Assembly: GCF_006345805.1 (NCBI RefSeq)
Contig: NC_043010.1
Span: forward strand, 8,866,001-8,930,000
Length of the DNA stretch: 64,000 nt
Source: Octopus sinensis
Taxonomy: Eukaryota
Direction: 5' to 3'
Part shown: positions 50,290 through 63,559 of the stretch, piece by piece
How positions within the stretch are numbered: the first letter of the stretch is position 1
How the letters are laid out: each line of letters opens with the position of its first letter
The notes under the pieces: generated by a model
Told to the model about the DNA's origin: nothing
Database searches by the model: none
What the model saw: the letters and a program-made list of their open reading frames with translations, nothing else
Program-made: the position numbers and the translations under genes

Positions 50290-50371
50290 GCGCGGCTGAA
50301 GAAGGCCACAGAAATACATTATGCATTGTTATAAATCTGTCTAATAAGGCCCGAAACATATGTACCACCGC
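50290..50371 (+). ncRNA. Type I hammerhead ribozyme with canonical core in (TA)n-flanked element 50243-50487
   Basis: GCGCGG-CTGAAGA-AGGCC..(ACAGA/TCTGT)..GGCCC-GAAA-CATATG-TA-CCACCGC; palindromic stem III ACATATGT; GUA site after 50364. Confidence 0.75.
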
Positions 50372-50529
50372 TGAATCCTTCGCATCATGTTTTTATTTTA
50401 TTTGAATCAATTTACTCCACCACCTACACACCACCAAACGGTATACACAGTGGCTATAATTATCAAGTACTCAACCCGAATTCTATTATATATATATATA
50501 TATATAATATATACATACACACATATACA

Positions 50530-50918
50530 TAGGACACTGAACCTTATGGAGGAGATGACAAGGGACCAAGATATCTGGTGACTTACTGTACTCAAGAAAA
50601 CTGCTGCCCCCCCCCCCCTGCAGAAAAGGGTTGGTCAACAAAAGCCCTGTGCCAGGGCTATATAAAAAGAACTTTTGCTGGCACCCTGTAAAAAGCACTG
50701 GTGCTGGCGCCTAGTAATAGGTCACATGTCTGTGTCATGTAAACACACCTAGCACTCTTTGTAAAGTGGTCGGTGTTAGGATGTGTATCCAGCCATAGAA
50801 AAAGCAAGCCAAATCAGACAGGAACCTGATGAAGGTCTCCGGTTTGCTAGTTCTGTCAACCCATCCAACTCATGCCAGCTTGGAAAGCAGATGTTGAACG
50901 AAGATGATGATAAGATGA
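50530..50918 (+). mobile_element. RTE-clade LINE 3' fragment
   Basis: RTLNLMEEMTRDQDIW*LTVLKKT plus 3' UTR and GAT tail. Confidence 0.75.
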
Positions 50919-50957
50919 TATATACATACGCACATACAGTTGTATGTATGTATGTAA

Positions 50958-50993
<36 letters not shown>

Positions 50994-53037
50994 ATGTATG
51001 TATGTATGTATGTGTGTGTGTGTATGTATGTATGTATGTATGTGTGTATGTATGTATGTATGTGTTTATATATGTATGCATGTTACGGTATACCATAATC
51101 ATCTTATGTATGCCTTAGCTGAATGACTGTAGCTAGTTTTCCTTAAATCTTTAAAAGTGTTTTAGCCCAAAGGCCGCGGCCATGCTGGGGCACCACCGAC
51201 AATGAATAATAATTATAATAATGATAATTCTTTTTACTATAGGCACAAGGCATGAAATTTTAATGGGAGAGGGTTAGTTGACTGCATTGACACCAGTGCT
51301 AAACGGGTACTTATTTCTTTAACCCGAAAGGACGAACGACCCCAGTGGGATTTGAACTCAGAACAGAAAGCTGCAAAAAATGCCACTAAAGGACGTCGAT
51401 GCCAATGTTGCCACCTCCGCCGCCAATGCTGCTGCTGCTGCCCATGATGGCAACAACAATGACGATGATGACCAGTCGGGCAGTGCTGACTACGGCCATG
51501 TTCGGATGGTTCTCTTACGTGCCACCGGCACTGGTATCACAGCTACAAATTCCATTGATGTTGATAGATTGATTATAATAACGAACTTATTGTATACAGT
51601 GTTCTGGTGAACTGCAACTTATGGAAAGGATAAGAGAGGACACAGAAAGCAATAATGTCAAGTAAAGAAGGTCAGCAATGACAGCCAAAAGTCCATGCAT
51701 AATACACAAGATAGAGTACAATAAGACAGAAAAGTGAGTAGTAAAAGAGCTATACAGATGGCAGAATCGTTAGCATGCTGGATGAAAATGCTTTGCAGTA
51801 TTTCATCTGTCTTTACATTCTGAGTTCAAATTTCACTGAAATCGACTTTGCTTTTTATCCCTTCAGGGTTGATAAATTAAGTCGCATCTGATCACTGCAG
51901 TTGATGTAGTTGACTTGGACCCTTTCCCAAAATTGCTAGCCTTGTACCAAAATCTGAAACCAGTGTAATGCTCTGAGTAACCACAACAACACTTGTGTGG
52001 TAAACCTGGCTGTTTGAATTACATATATTGTCTACCTGACCAGCTTTTACAGTTTTAATGTAACCAGTTTTATTTACAAGGTCTTGATTGACTTGTGACA
52101 CTTGTAGAAGATAAGTTGCCCTATGTACCATGCATTGGGATTGAACCTGCATCTGCATTGAACCTGCAAACCTCTCAGCCATTCAGCCACACTTGTAGAC
52201 ATATATGAGCATGCATAAATATGTGTGTATCATTATATACTTGCATATAAGCTTATATACATGCATACATGTATATGTATATACAACCAAAAATATAAGG
52301 AAACAAAAATATATATAAATCATTATATATATGTATGTATAAATATATATACATATGTATATCTATCTATCTATCTATCTATCCATCTATCTTTGTATAT
52401 CAATATCTATATCTATATCAATATATAACCTCCCAAATAATAAGTCACTCATATTATTTTATATCTATCTATACACACACCATATGTGTGTGTGTATATA
52501 TATATATATATGTATACACACACACACACACATATATATATATATGAATATATATATATGTATATACACATATATATATATATATGTATATACATATATA
52601 CACATATATACACATATATATATATAATATATACTAACATACATACACACACACATACATATATACACACACATTTATATATATATATATGTATATATAT
52701 ATATAATATATGTGTGTATGTATGTATGTATATACATATATATACATGTATATACATATATAATATATATACATATATAATATATACTTACATACACACA
52801 CACACACACATATGGACACATGCAACACATACACATGCACACAAACACACATTCCTTATATATCTTTATATATTTGTGTGCAGCAATTATGTGTATGTGT
52901 GTGTGTGTATCAATGCATGTGTGTGCATGACTATGCATGAGGTGTGTGTGCGTCTGAGAGAGAGAGAGAGAAAGAGAGAGGAAGAGAAAGTGCATATGTG
53001 ATTAAGTAGATATTAATGCATGCACGTGTGTGGTTGT

Positions 53038-53079
<42 letters not shown>

Positions 53080-54245
53080 TTGTGTGTGTGTGTGTGTGGT
53101 TGTGTGTGTCTGTTAACATTTGTGTAGATTCATGCATGCTGATATGAAAATGCCATCCGGCATTATTGAAATACATAATAGAATTATTAAGCTATTTTAT
53201 CAAAACTTTCCCCCCTGATGCATATTTCTTCCGTAAGAGAAAAGTTTATCTCTTGCTTTTTCTGCCCAAATAATATTGTCAATTTGTGCTCTCCAAGATT
53301 CTTCTAAACTACCTTCTAGTTCTATTAATCTTTCATGGAAGACTTGGCAACAAATAGTGATCATTTATGATTAAAGGGGAGAGAGAGAGAGAAAGAGAGG
53401 GAGACAGAGAGAGAGAGAAAGCGTGTGTGGGCGGATAGAGAGCAAAAACTAAAGCAAAAAAAAGTAATAATTCAACATCTTTTTAAAATGTTGTTTGAAA
53501 ACTGCTTGCTATACTGAAAAGAAAATTGACAGAAATGTTTAAAAAAAAATGTGTCTAAGCAATTAAAACATTCAATCAAGACTTAACTACTTTAAAAGAT
53601 TAACTGTGAATCCTATTCACTCCTGAAACAAAAACAAATTAGGTCAGATGTACAAGTGGAGCATGTATCTTTTATGCTTTTTTTGTTTTTTATTAATTCA
53701 AATAATAAGCCATGGTGTGCTCTCTGGTTAAAACCTTCATGATCAAACAGCAAGAATGAACTGGAAGATTTAATAAATGTATTTTGGAATGCCACTTGAT
53801 GTACTGCACTTGGCTGTGATGATTATCTATAATTCTTCTGCATGTAGGCATCTGTATTATGATTAATCACTGCCAATTTGTATCCTTAACAGCTTCTTAA
53901 CAACAGCTGGGGCGTGCAAAATCTGAACGATGCGTTGCTTCCTCAGAAAGCCCTATTTCTTCATGGATGAGTCGAGGCATTTTATTTTGCATTATTTTAT
54001 TTCATTTATTTCTCTTTTATTTATTTATTTATTTAGTTGGTCATTTCAGTAATTGGATTGAGGTCATACTCATGCACTGCCAGCAAGACTCTTAGCCAAC
54101 TATAATTGACCCCTGTATATTTAGGTGAGTACGCATTTTTATCAATCTCTATTAAATGGCTAAGGATACCTTGAGTTGCATACCTTTTGTAAGTTACCAT
54201 TTTTAAGGTGGTACTTAATGCAAGGAATATACACAAGAATAAGAT

Positions 54246-54298
<53 letters not shown>

Positions 54299-54526
54299 TA
54301 TATATATATAAAAGATGGAGGTTGAAATAACACAGAAGTAAGTCTAAGACATTTCAGTTTAAGAGGAAATTGAATAAATATGATTTAAAAAATTATATAA
54401 AGAATATATAATTTATATATATCCTTTATATATAATTTATATATATCTTTTATATATAATTTATATATCTTTCATACATAAAAATTTGATTTGTAAAGTT
54501 CTCTAATCTTCTTTTGAGCATGATGG

Positions 54527-54874
54527 CTACCACTGTCGCCTACTGGCACTTGTGCCGGTGGCACGTGAAAAACAATATTCAAGCGAGATCGTAGCCAGTG
54601 CTGCTGGACTGACTCCTGTGCAGGTGGCACATAAAAAAACACCATTTGAACGTGGCCGTTGCCAGTACCACCTGACTGGCCCTAGTGCCAGTGGCATGTA
54701 AGAGCACCCACTACACACTTGGAGTGGTTGGCGTTAAGAAGGGCATCAAGCTGTAGAAACTCTGCCAAATCAGATTGGAGCCTGGTGCAGCCATCTGGAA
54801 TGCCAGTCCTCTGTCAAATCATCCAACTCATGCCAGCATGGAAAGCAGACATTAAACGATGATGATGATGATGA
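54527..54874 (+). mobile_element. Family D repeat
   Basis: GTGCCGGTGGCACG units plus RTE-type tail. Confidence 0.85.
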
Positions 54875-55481
54875 TATATACATATATATATATTTACATG
54901 TTCCAGCTATTTGACTGTGGATGTTGGAGCATCCCCTCGAAGGGTTTTAGTTTGATGAATCAACCCCAGTATTTATGGATTTTTAAGTCCAGTGATTATT
55001 CTATATATCAACATACATACACCCACTCCCACATGCGCATGCACACACACACACACACACACCACACACACATACACACATACACTCACATGCATATACA
55101 CATATGGATGTCAATATTGATACTAACCTATAAAGCAGCAAGGTGGCAGAATTGTTAGCATGCCAGGCAAGTGGCTTGGCATTCCATCCAGTCCTATGTT
55201 CAAATGAAACCAATGTCAACTTTGCCTTTTCATCCTTTTGGGGGTCAGCAAAATAAGTACCGGTGGAGCACTGAGATCAATGTAATCCACTTAGCCCCTC
55301 CCCTGAACTTGAAGCCATTATTATCATGTTGTTTGTGCAAGCTAATTTAGTTCACAGGTATTCTATCTTGAGGTTTAGCAACAACAAGTCTCCTCAAATC
55401 ATAAGAATCTTTCTTAAAATTCTTGCAACATATAGGACAATACATTTCTGCAGGTTGACAATATAAATTTTATTATTATTA

Positions 55482-55536
<55 letters not shown>

Positions 55537-56824
55537 GAGTGAGGGAGTAGTGCATGCCATCAAAGAGACATTGGGGTACAAATATACAAATCCTGATATA
55601 CCCATCATGACTACCCGTCTGAGAAGGGTAAACCAGATACATGCATCACAATCGTATATGCTTAACATGGTGATCTCATATTAAGATAAACAGTTAGAAT
55701 TTTCTTCAGGTCGAGTAGCCCATCCCACTCAAAAGGTCCCTGAATAAGGTTTGTTTAAGGATGCTGAATGAAACACTTGTTTCCATCATCAGCCACTAAG
55801 GGACATGCTCAACTAGTTAAGGTCAAGCAACTGACAAGCAAATCTGTGATATTGAGCAAAATATTTCCTGTAGCCCATCTTTTATATTAAGACAAAACAT
55901 GTACATGATAACACTTCTAATCAGTTAAGATCAAATGCCTTGTTGTTGTTGTTGTTTCTGCTGCTGTTGCAGCAGTTATTGTTGTTGTTGCTGTTGTTGT
56001 TGTTATTTAGTTCTCATCAGCCCTGTTCAATCAGTTCTAGGATCAAAACATTTAAACCGTGACTAATCACATGTTTTTGTATCTGTCAGATTAGAATATC
56101 TCATGTGTCCTTCCATTCTTTAGAGAATAGGTTGTGATTAGAGCAAACTTTGTTTGTTATTTCTAGCAAAGTGTATGACTGGAGACAAAGAATTACCACA
56201 TGTTACATCAGGCTCATAATACTAAACTTAAATTGTGCTGCATGTCAGTAGATGATAGCGAAAGGAAAAACACTGCCTGTCTCTACGTTCAAAATAAAGC
56301 CTGATCTTCAATGAAGCTACGACTGCCCGCTATTTACTGTTATAATGACCAGGTTTCTTTCATGTAAAATCCTTTGATAACATATTTAAACCCCAGTGAT
56401 CCTTTTTAATGACCATTTGGAGATGTTAAGTCTGGTAAACATGACCAAACAACATCCTGGTTCTCATTAGTCCAGTATATCTAGATTCAATGTCCTGCCA
56501 TCGTATGTGTGCGCACATCCACTCGGTTACATAGATGTAGAGTAATATCGAATGGTAGATGCACAAACAGAGACAGAAACACACGCATGTGCATGCACAC
56601 ACACATGCACATATACACGCGCACACAGAGTATACGTGCGTGCACATGTGTTTTTGTGTATTAAGTATATCTCCATACATGCACAAAAATAAATGTGTTG
56701 ACATACATACATATACACATATACATACATATATATACACACACACATATATTTATATATGTATGTATGTGTGCATGCATTTATATAGATATATATATAC
56801 ACACACACACACACATACACACAC

Positions 56825-56873
<49 letters not shown>

Positions 56874-56980
56874 CATATATACATATACATATATATACAT
56901 ACATATATATATATATATAGATATATATATATATAGATATATATATATATATACACACACATATGTATATACATATATAC

Positions 56981-57060
<80 letters not shown>

Positions 57061-57679
57061 ACATATACATACATACACATTCACACACACACACATTAAC
57101 ATATATATATATAAAATGTTCTTTTATTCTTTTATTAGATTGGGTCATTTATCCCTTACTGTGGTTCAAGTTTGTTATACATGCTGTCAGTGAGAAATTT
57201 TAAATAGTAACCACATGGTCATAAGCTCAAATCTTGCCTCACTTAGAGTAACTAAAAAAAACAAAATCCTGCCTGTTTCACTTTGTATGGCCAGAAACAA
57301 ATCAATTTTGATTTCCAGTCTTTGGACTGGTCTCTGTATTGCATGAGAATATCATTGAAATATATCATAATTTCCCTGTTTTGCATCATTTTAGCAACAT
57401 TATTCAACCTGGTGTTATAATTTTCAACAGAAAGTTTCTGGCTCTGTATGTATTTTTGAATTTTTATCTAACTTATTTTTGAATTTCAATAAAGTTCAAT
57501 ATTGCAAAGCCTTCTGTTCCATTGCCTATCCAGAGGTGAGTTTCATGAATTTGGGTAGTATAGTTCACCAGAAAAAACAGACAGAGCAGTTTATATCATC
57601 CTTGCTTTTCTCATAGATATCATCAATGCTATGGAAGTAGGAGATTTGCAGATAAGGGCGATTGTTAAAAAATAAAATA

Positions 57680-57898
57680 AATGCACCCTTTTAAAGCCTA
57701 GCAATGCTCATGGGCCCGGTTTCCCGGTTTCAATGGCGTATGTGCTCCCCAGCTGGATGGGATGCCAGTCCATCACAGCGTTACTCATTTTTGCCAGCTG
57801 AGTGGACTGGAGCAACGTGAAATGAAGTGTTTTGCTCAAGAAACACGCGTTGCCCGGTCCAGGAATCGAAACCACAATCTTACGATCATGATGCTGAG
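57680..57898 (-). mobile_element. SINE with the 42392-type head/CORE-like block and tail Y
   Basis: Minus strand TTGAGCAAAACACTTCATTTCACGTTGCTCCAGTCCACTCAGCTGGC then CCGGGAAACCGGGCCCATGAGC. Confidence 0.75.
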
Positions 57899-58542
57899 AA
57901 TCTATGAGAGTGTCTTTCTTGGTGCAGAAACCCAGGTCATTATTAGAGCAAACAAAAACAAACATTGATTTCCATTATAAAGAAATTGTTGGTTGCTGAA
58001 CCAACAAAGACATCTGTACGTGGTTATTTTTAACCTGATCGAAATGCAAGCTGGAATACACAAAACACAAAAAGAAAAATTTGGATTGCTTGATGAAGTT
58101 AGCAAAAACTGAGAGAAATCTTAAGTGCATATTTTATTTTATAGTTTTTCACTTGTTTGTTTCTATCATTGAACTGCGGTCATGCTGGAACACTGCCAAG
58201 AAAGGTTTCATCAAATGAATTGACTCCGGTACTCATCTTTTAAAGTCTGATTCTTAGTCTATGGTCTCTTTTACTGAGCCACTTACTGGGATGTAAAGGA
58301 ACCAACACTAGTTGCCAAGCGGTGTAGTGGGGAAAAAAACAACACAACACAAACACAATGTCATACACACATACGTTATATATAGATCAGTTACAGCATT
58401 CATTAAAATCAAAGTATATCACCATGTATGACACCGGGAATGGCTGAGTACTTAGCATCAAGCTCACAGTTAAAGCAACTCTTCGTTGTCATTTGTTGGT
58501 AGTATACTGTGAGTATATTGTGTATATATATGTATATATGGT

Positions 58543-58575
<33 letters not shown>

Positions 58576-58802
58576 TACATTGCTTATAAACTCTATATTT
58601 GGAAGGACTCATTTTAAACTCTGTTGGACTTTTGGACTTTACTCATAGGATACTGGAATATTGCATATATACCACTATGCCTATAAAATGGATTTTCAAC
58701 TTTTATACCCATACATATCTTGCATCTTTTTTCTTCCCTCCACCTCACTCTCTATTTTGTATCACATCTAAACTAACTATGACTTAACTATCCTCTCACA
58801 TC

Positions 58803-58854
58803 GTCTCCGATGAAGGGATATTATTAATAAATATCCTAGAAACAGCTGTAAGAC
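58803..58854 (+). ncRNA. Type I hammerhead-like motif (U4C core) in (TA)n-flanked element about 58575-58925
   Basis: GTCT-CCGATGA-A-GGGATATT(ATTAATA)AATATCCT-A-GAAA-CAGCTG-TA-AGAC; palindromic stem III ACAGCTGT; GUA site after 58850. Confidence 0.7.
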
Positions 58855-58934
58855 CTTCTATCTATAAATGCTCTAATATCTATACCTCCTTGGTTTTTTA
58901 TCTTATTACGCAAAAAATTCTTATACATACATAT

Positions 58935-58980
<46 letters not shown>

Positions 58981-58999
58981 TACATACTATATATATGGT

Positions 59000-59175
59000 T
59001 CAAATGTAGAGAAACAAAAGACAAAAACAGATGAGGAAACAACAAGTAGGTGTTTTAGTTTGATGCTCAGGAAGAATGCAAATGTCTCTGACATTTTGAT
59101 CCTACACTCCTTGATAGAAAGGGACGAAAGGAAAAATAGAGAGAGAAAAAATGTGTTGAGATTACATGCACATCT
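59000..59175 (-). mobile_element. Decayed copy of the 6715-6922 mini-element (eroded hammerhead at 59086-59121)
   Basis: Minus strand CTTT-CTATCAA-G-GAGTGTAGGATC-AAAA-TG-TC-AGAG; shares GATGCTCAGGAA on + with 23993-24004. Confidence 0.6.
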
Positions 59176-59944
59176 ATCTATATATATATGTAAATATACA
59201 CACACACACATACACACACACACACATGCATTTCAAATCCAACATTAACCCAAGGTCCAGCCCAAGGTTGATTCCAAATGTGGCATATGTGTAAATAAAG
59301 GACACATGTAGGGCTCAAAACTTACATCAGCTGATTCAGCAGTATTTTATAGATGCATTCTTAGATTATCTCTTATACATATTTGGCAGGCGTCCATAGT
59401 GTTTTTGCCAAGGAAATTCATTTACAAAGCATTGCTTAGCTCATTGCTTTTGCAGAAAACACTTGCCCTAGATGCTGCAGAGTGGGATTGAACCTGTACT
59501 CTCATGTTTGCAAAGTGAACATCTTAACCACACAACCACGCTTGCACCTTATAATGGTAATTTCTTTGTATTACAATAAATTTTCCAAATTTTCCAAATG
59601 TTTCCTCAGCGTCCTATTTTATAACCAGTTTCCCAGGGAAGCAGCATTGTCTTAGAGAATTCAGATGTTGGCAAGAGTTCTTATATAAAAAAAACAAAAC
59701 AAAAAAAAGACCCCCCCCCAAAAAAAAACCAAAAAAAACCAAATGTTTTCTTGGCTTAATTAGACGTGTTGTCAAGTTGGGTTGTCTTTTTATGTAGCAT
59801 ATTGGGCATTCTTCACTATATTCTTCCTTCATCAAAGAGAATTCAAACTAATATCTATCTTCATGGTAGACTGAATCAAAAGCAGTAATTCTAGAAGAGA
59901 TTTTTTCCTTCTTTCTTTCTTTCTTCCTTTCTTTCTTTCCCTGT

Positions 59945-59984
<40 letters not shown>

Positions 59985-60759
59985 ATCTTTTTTCTCAGAG
60001 AAGAAGAAAAAGAAGTGACAACACACTGTAGGTGAGATTTTTCATAAAAACAAGTGTAGAAGCATGAGATTTTTCATTATTAATGATTGCAGGACACACA
60101 CACACACACACACACACACCACACACACACACAAACATGCACGTACACAAACATGCACACACACACACACATAGAAGAACACCCTTGCTACAAAACAGTA
60201 AATGGATACACACATACCTTCATACCTACAAATACACATTACATACCCACACATTGAAGCATGCATACATAGATACATACTCACAGGCACACACGTCAAT
60301 GCACTCACAACACCATCCATATTAAAAAGTGCACAAATTCTCCACACACACATCCACATACACACACGTGCACACACACATATGCTTACTTACACACAGA
60401 CACACACACACATACATACATACATACACACAATCACAACTGCATGCATTTACACAGACATACAGATGTATCCTGAGAAATATCCATGCACAAAAAACCA
60501 GATACACATACTGATATATATGTGCATACACATACACACACATATACAAATATAATTATGTACACATTTTGATCACCTAAATTACTTCATATTTTCATTA
60601 ATGATCAATTAGTACTTCACATCATTTGCCTGTCACAGAGCTCTTCAAAAATTGGCCACATACAGAAATTGAGATTAAACTTTTCAAAAGTAATTTATCA
60701 ACGCATAATTTTTTACAAAAAAAAAAGACAAAATCCATGTCAAAACCAAAATGACATTA

Positions 60760-60803
60760 ACAACAACAACAATAAAAATAATAATTATGATGATGGAGAT
60801 GAA

Positions 60804-60838
<35 letters not shown>

Positions 60839-60876
60839 AATAATGATAATATATTACTAATAATATAATAATAATA

Positions 60877-60909
<33 letters not shown>

Positions 60910-61408
60910 ATGATGATGATGATTAATGATGAATATGATAATAATGATGATAATAATATGATAATAAAATAATATAATAATAATAATAATGATGATCACG
61001 ATGATGATAATAATGATGATGATGATAATAATGAGGAAATAATAATGTATTAATAATATTATAATAATATTAATATAATAATATAATGATGATGATGATG
61101 ATGATAATTATGATAATAATAATGATTAATATATTAATAATAATATAATAAAATGATATATGATATATGATGATGAATGATGATATGATAATAATAATGA
61201 TAATGATATTATTAATAATAATAATGATAATAATAATAATATTAATAATAATAATAATAATCATAATAATGATAATAATGATGATAATAATAATAATAAT
61301 AATATTGATAATAATAGTAATATAACAACAACTATCATCAGCATCATCATGATGATAATTGTTGATGATGTTGTGGTGGTGGTGGTGATGATGATGATGG
61401 TAATGATA
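60760..61408. repeat. Degenerate (TAA)/(TGA) microsatellite
   Basis: Seen directly. Confidence 0.95.
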
Positions 61409-62043
61409 GCAAGAAAAGCGAAAAAAGGAAAAATTCTAAAATTTGATATTTTAAAGCCAGTATCTTCTGGATTTCCCATTAGTTATTCCCATTAGTATGA
61501 AATAGGTACAACTAGAATGTTGCAATGATAGAGATCATGTTTTCAAAGAAAGAGATACAGCCTCATATCACCTGGTATAAAGTACCCTCTCTTTCTCAAA
61601 TAATCTCGCCTTCAACTTGTTGAAGGGCTATTTTTTTACTGCTTGTTTTCCCTATTCATTTCCTGTCTTGCGAGTCACTTGGTGGCCACACTAGTGCCAC
61701 TGGCAGAAGAAACAAAAGCACCCAGTGCACACTGTAAAGTGGTTAGAGGGAGGAAAGGCAGTCAGCTACAGAAACCATGTCAAAGCTGATACTGGACCTC
61801 GATACACTCCTGCAGCACATTAGATACTGTCAAACCATCCAGCCAATGCTAGCTTAGAAAACGGATGTTAAATGACGATGGTCTCACATACACACACACA
61901 CACATGTGTTTCTTAAGGATCATGGCTTAGTTGTTGGGTTATCTGGTTAATCATACAGTCGTGGATTTGTAAACTGGTGTAGCATTGTGACCTTCAGGAC
62001 ATTGCTCCAGTCCACTCCACTGGCACAAAAGAGTAGTATGATA

Positions 62044-62278
62044 CCTATTTCTTTACTACCCACAAGGGGCTAAACACAGAGGGGACAAACAAGGACAGAC
62101 AAATGGATTAAGTCGATTACATCAACTCCAGTGCTTAACTGGTACTTAATTTATCGACCCCAAAAGGATGAAAGGCAAAGTCGACCTCAGCGGAATTTGA
62201 ACTCAGAACGTAGTGGCAGACGAAATACCGCTACACGTTTTGCCTGGCATGCTAACGTTTCTGCCAGCTCGCCGCCTT
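62044..62278 (-). mobile_element. SINE family A
   Basis: Family A homology; TSD TAGTATGATA on both sides. Confidence 0.9.
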
Positions 62279-62579
62279 AGTATGATATCAGTTATTCACA
62301 TTCTGTGTTATTCTGAATCACTCTGTGAACTATGTTAAGCGTACGTGTGACTGTGCAAAATGAGAGAAAGCTTTGATCACAGCTGCCTATTTTGATGAAC
62401 TATATCTCCGAACCCCCAGAAACAGGTGTTGGACTTGTAACACCTTTTTTCCTTCCCTTTAATTTTCTCTGTCGTTTGTACTCTACGTAAGCTGGATCAA
62501 TCTATGTCTTCATACTTAAATATTCATCGTCTAAAAGTCTTCACATTTTATTTTCTCTCATTTGCATGTAGACGTACCC

Positions 62580-62970
62580 TTTTACTTCTTTCAGTCACTT
62601 TGACTGTCACCATGCTGGAGCACCACGTTTAGTTAAACAAATTCATCCTAAGACTTATTCTTTGTAAGCCTAGTACTTATTCTATCAGCATCTTTTGCTG
62701 AACCACTAAGTTACAGGGATGTAAACACACCAACATCAGTTGTCAAGCAATAGTGGGGGGACAAACACTGACATATACCACCCCCCATATACACACACAC
62801 GCACACACATACATATATACACGATGGGATTCTTTTAGTTTCTGTCTACCAAATCCACTCACAAGGCTTTGGTTGGCCCCAGTCTATAGAAAATGACACT
62901 TGCCTAAGGTGCCATGCAGTGTGACTGAACCCAGAACCATGTGGTTGGGCAGCAAGCTTCTTACCACATA
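62580..62970 (-). mobile_element. SINE family B
   Basis: Homology to family B. Confidence 0.85.
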
Positions 62971-63524
62971 CCCAATTCTATATGTATGTATGTATGTAAG
63001 TACTTGGTATCACAGTTGCTAAATCATTTACTCTCAATCAATGTGTCTCTCTTCATATGTCCAAATATATATATATATATTGTGATACAAATAAAATTAA
63101 AGTATCCACAATATTTTTTCTAGCTTGTTTATCCCTATATATTGGGAGAATTCTCCCAATATATCATTGATAACACCAGTTGATCTCTGGATTTTATAAT
63201 CTCTAAAGAGGACACTATATTTTCAACTGACTATATACACACACACACACACACGCATACATATCAATATAATTGTTTTTAAATTTTAAAAACAATATAT
63301 ATCACGTAAAGATTGAATAAAGGACACAATACATGACATAAAGTGACATATCTTTTATAAGAACTGTTCAGTTTAATCTCAGTGTTTTGCCAAGAGTGAT
63401 GAGTCACCCTCAACATAACTTTGAAGTTATATTAACAATTCTAATTAGTTTCATTTGACAAACACTTCAAAATAATGATCAATACTTTGCATAATAAACA
63501 ATCATATACACTTATGCATATGCA

Positions 63525-63556
<32 letters not shown>

Positions 63557-63559
<3 letters not shown>

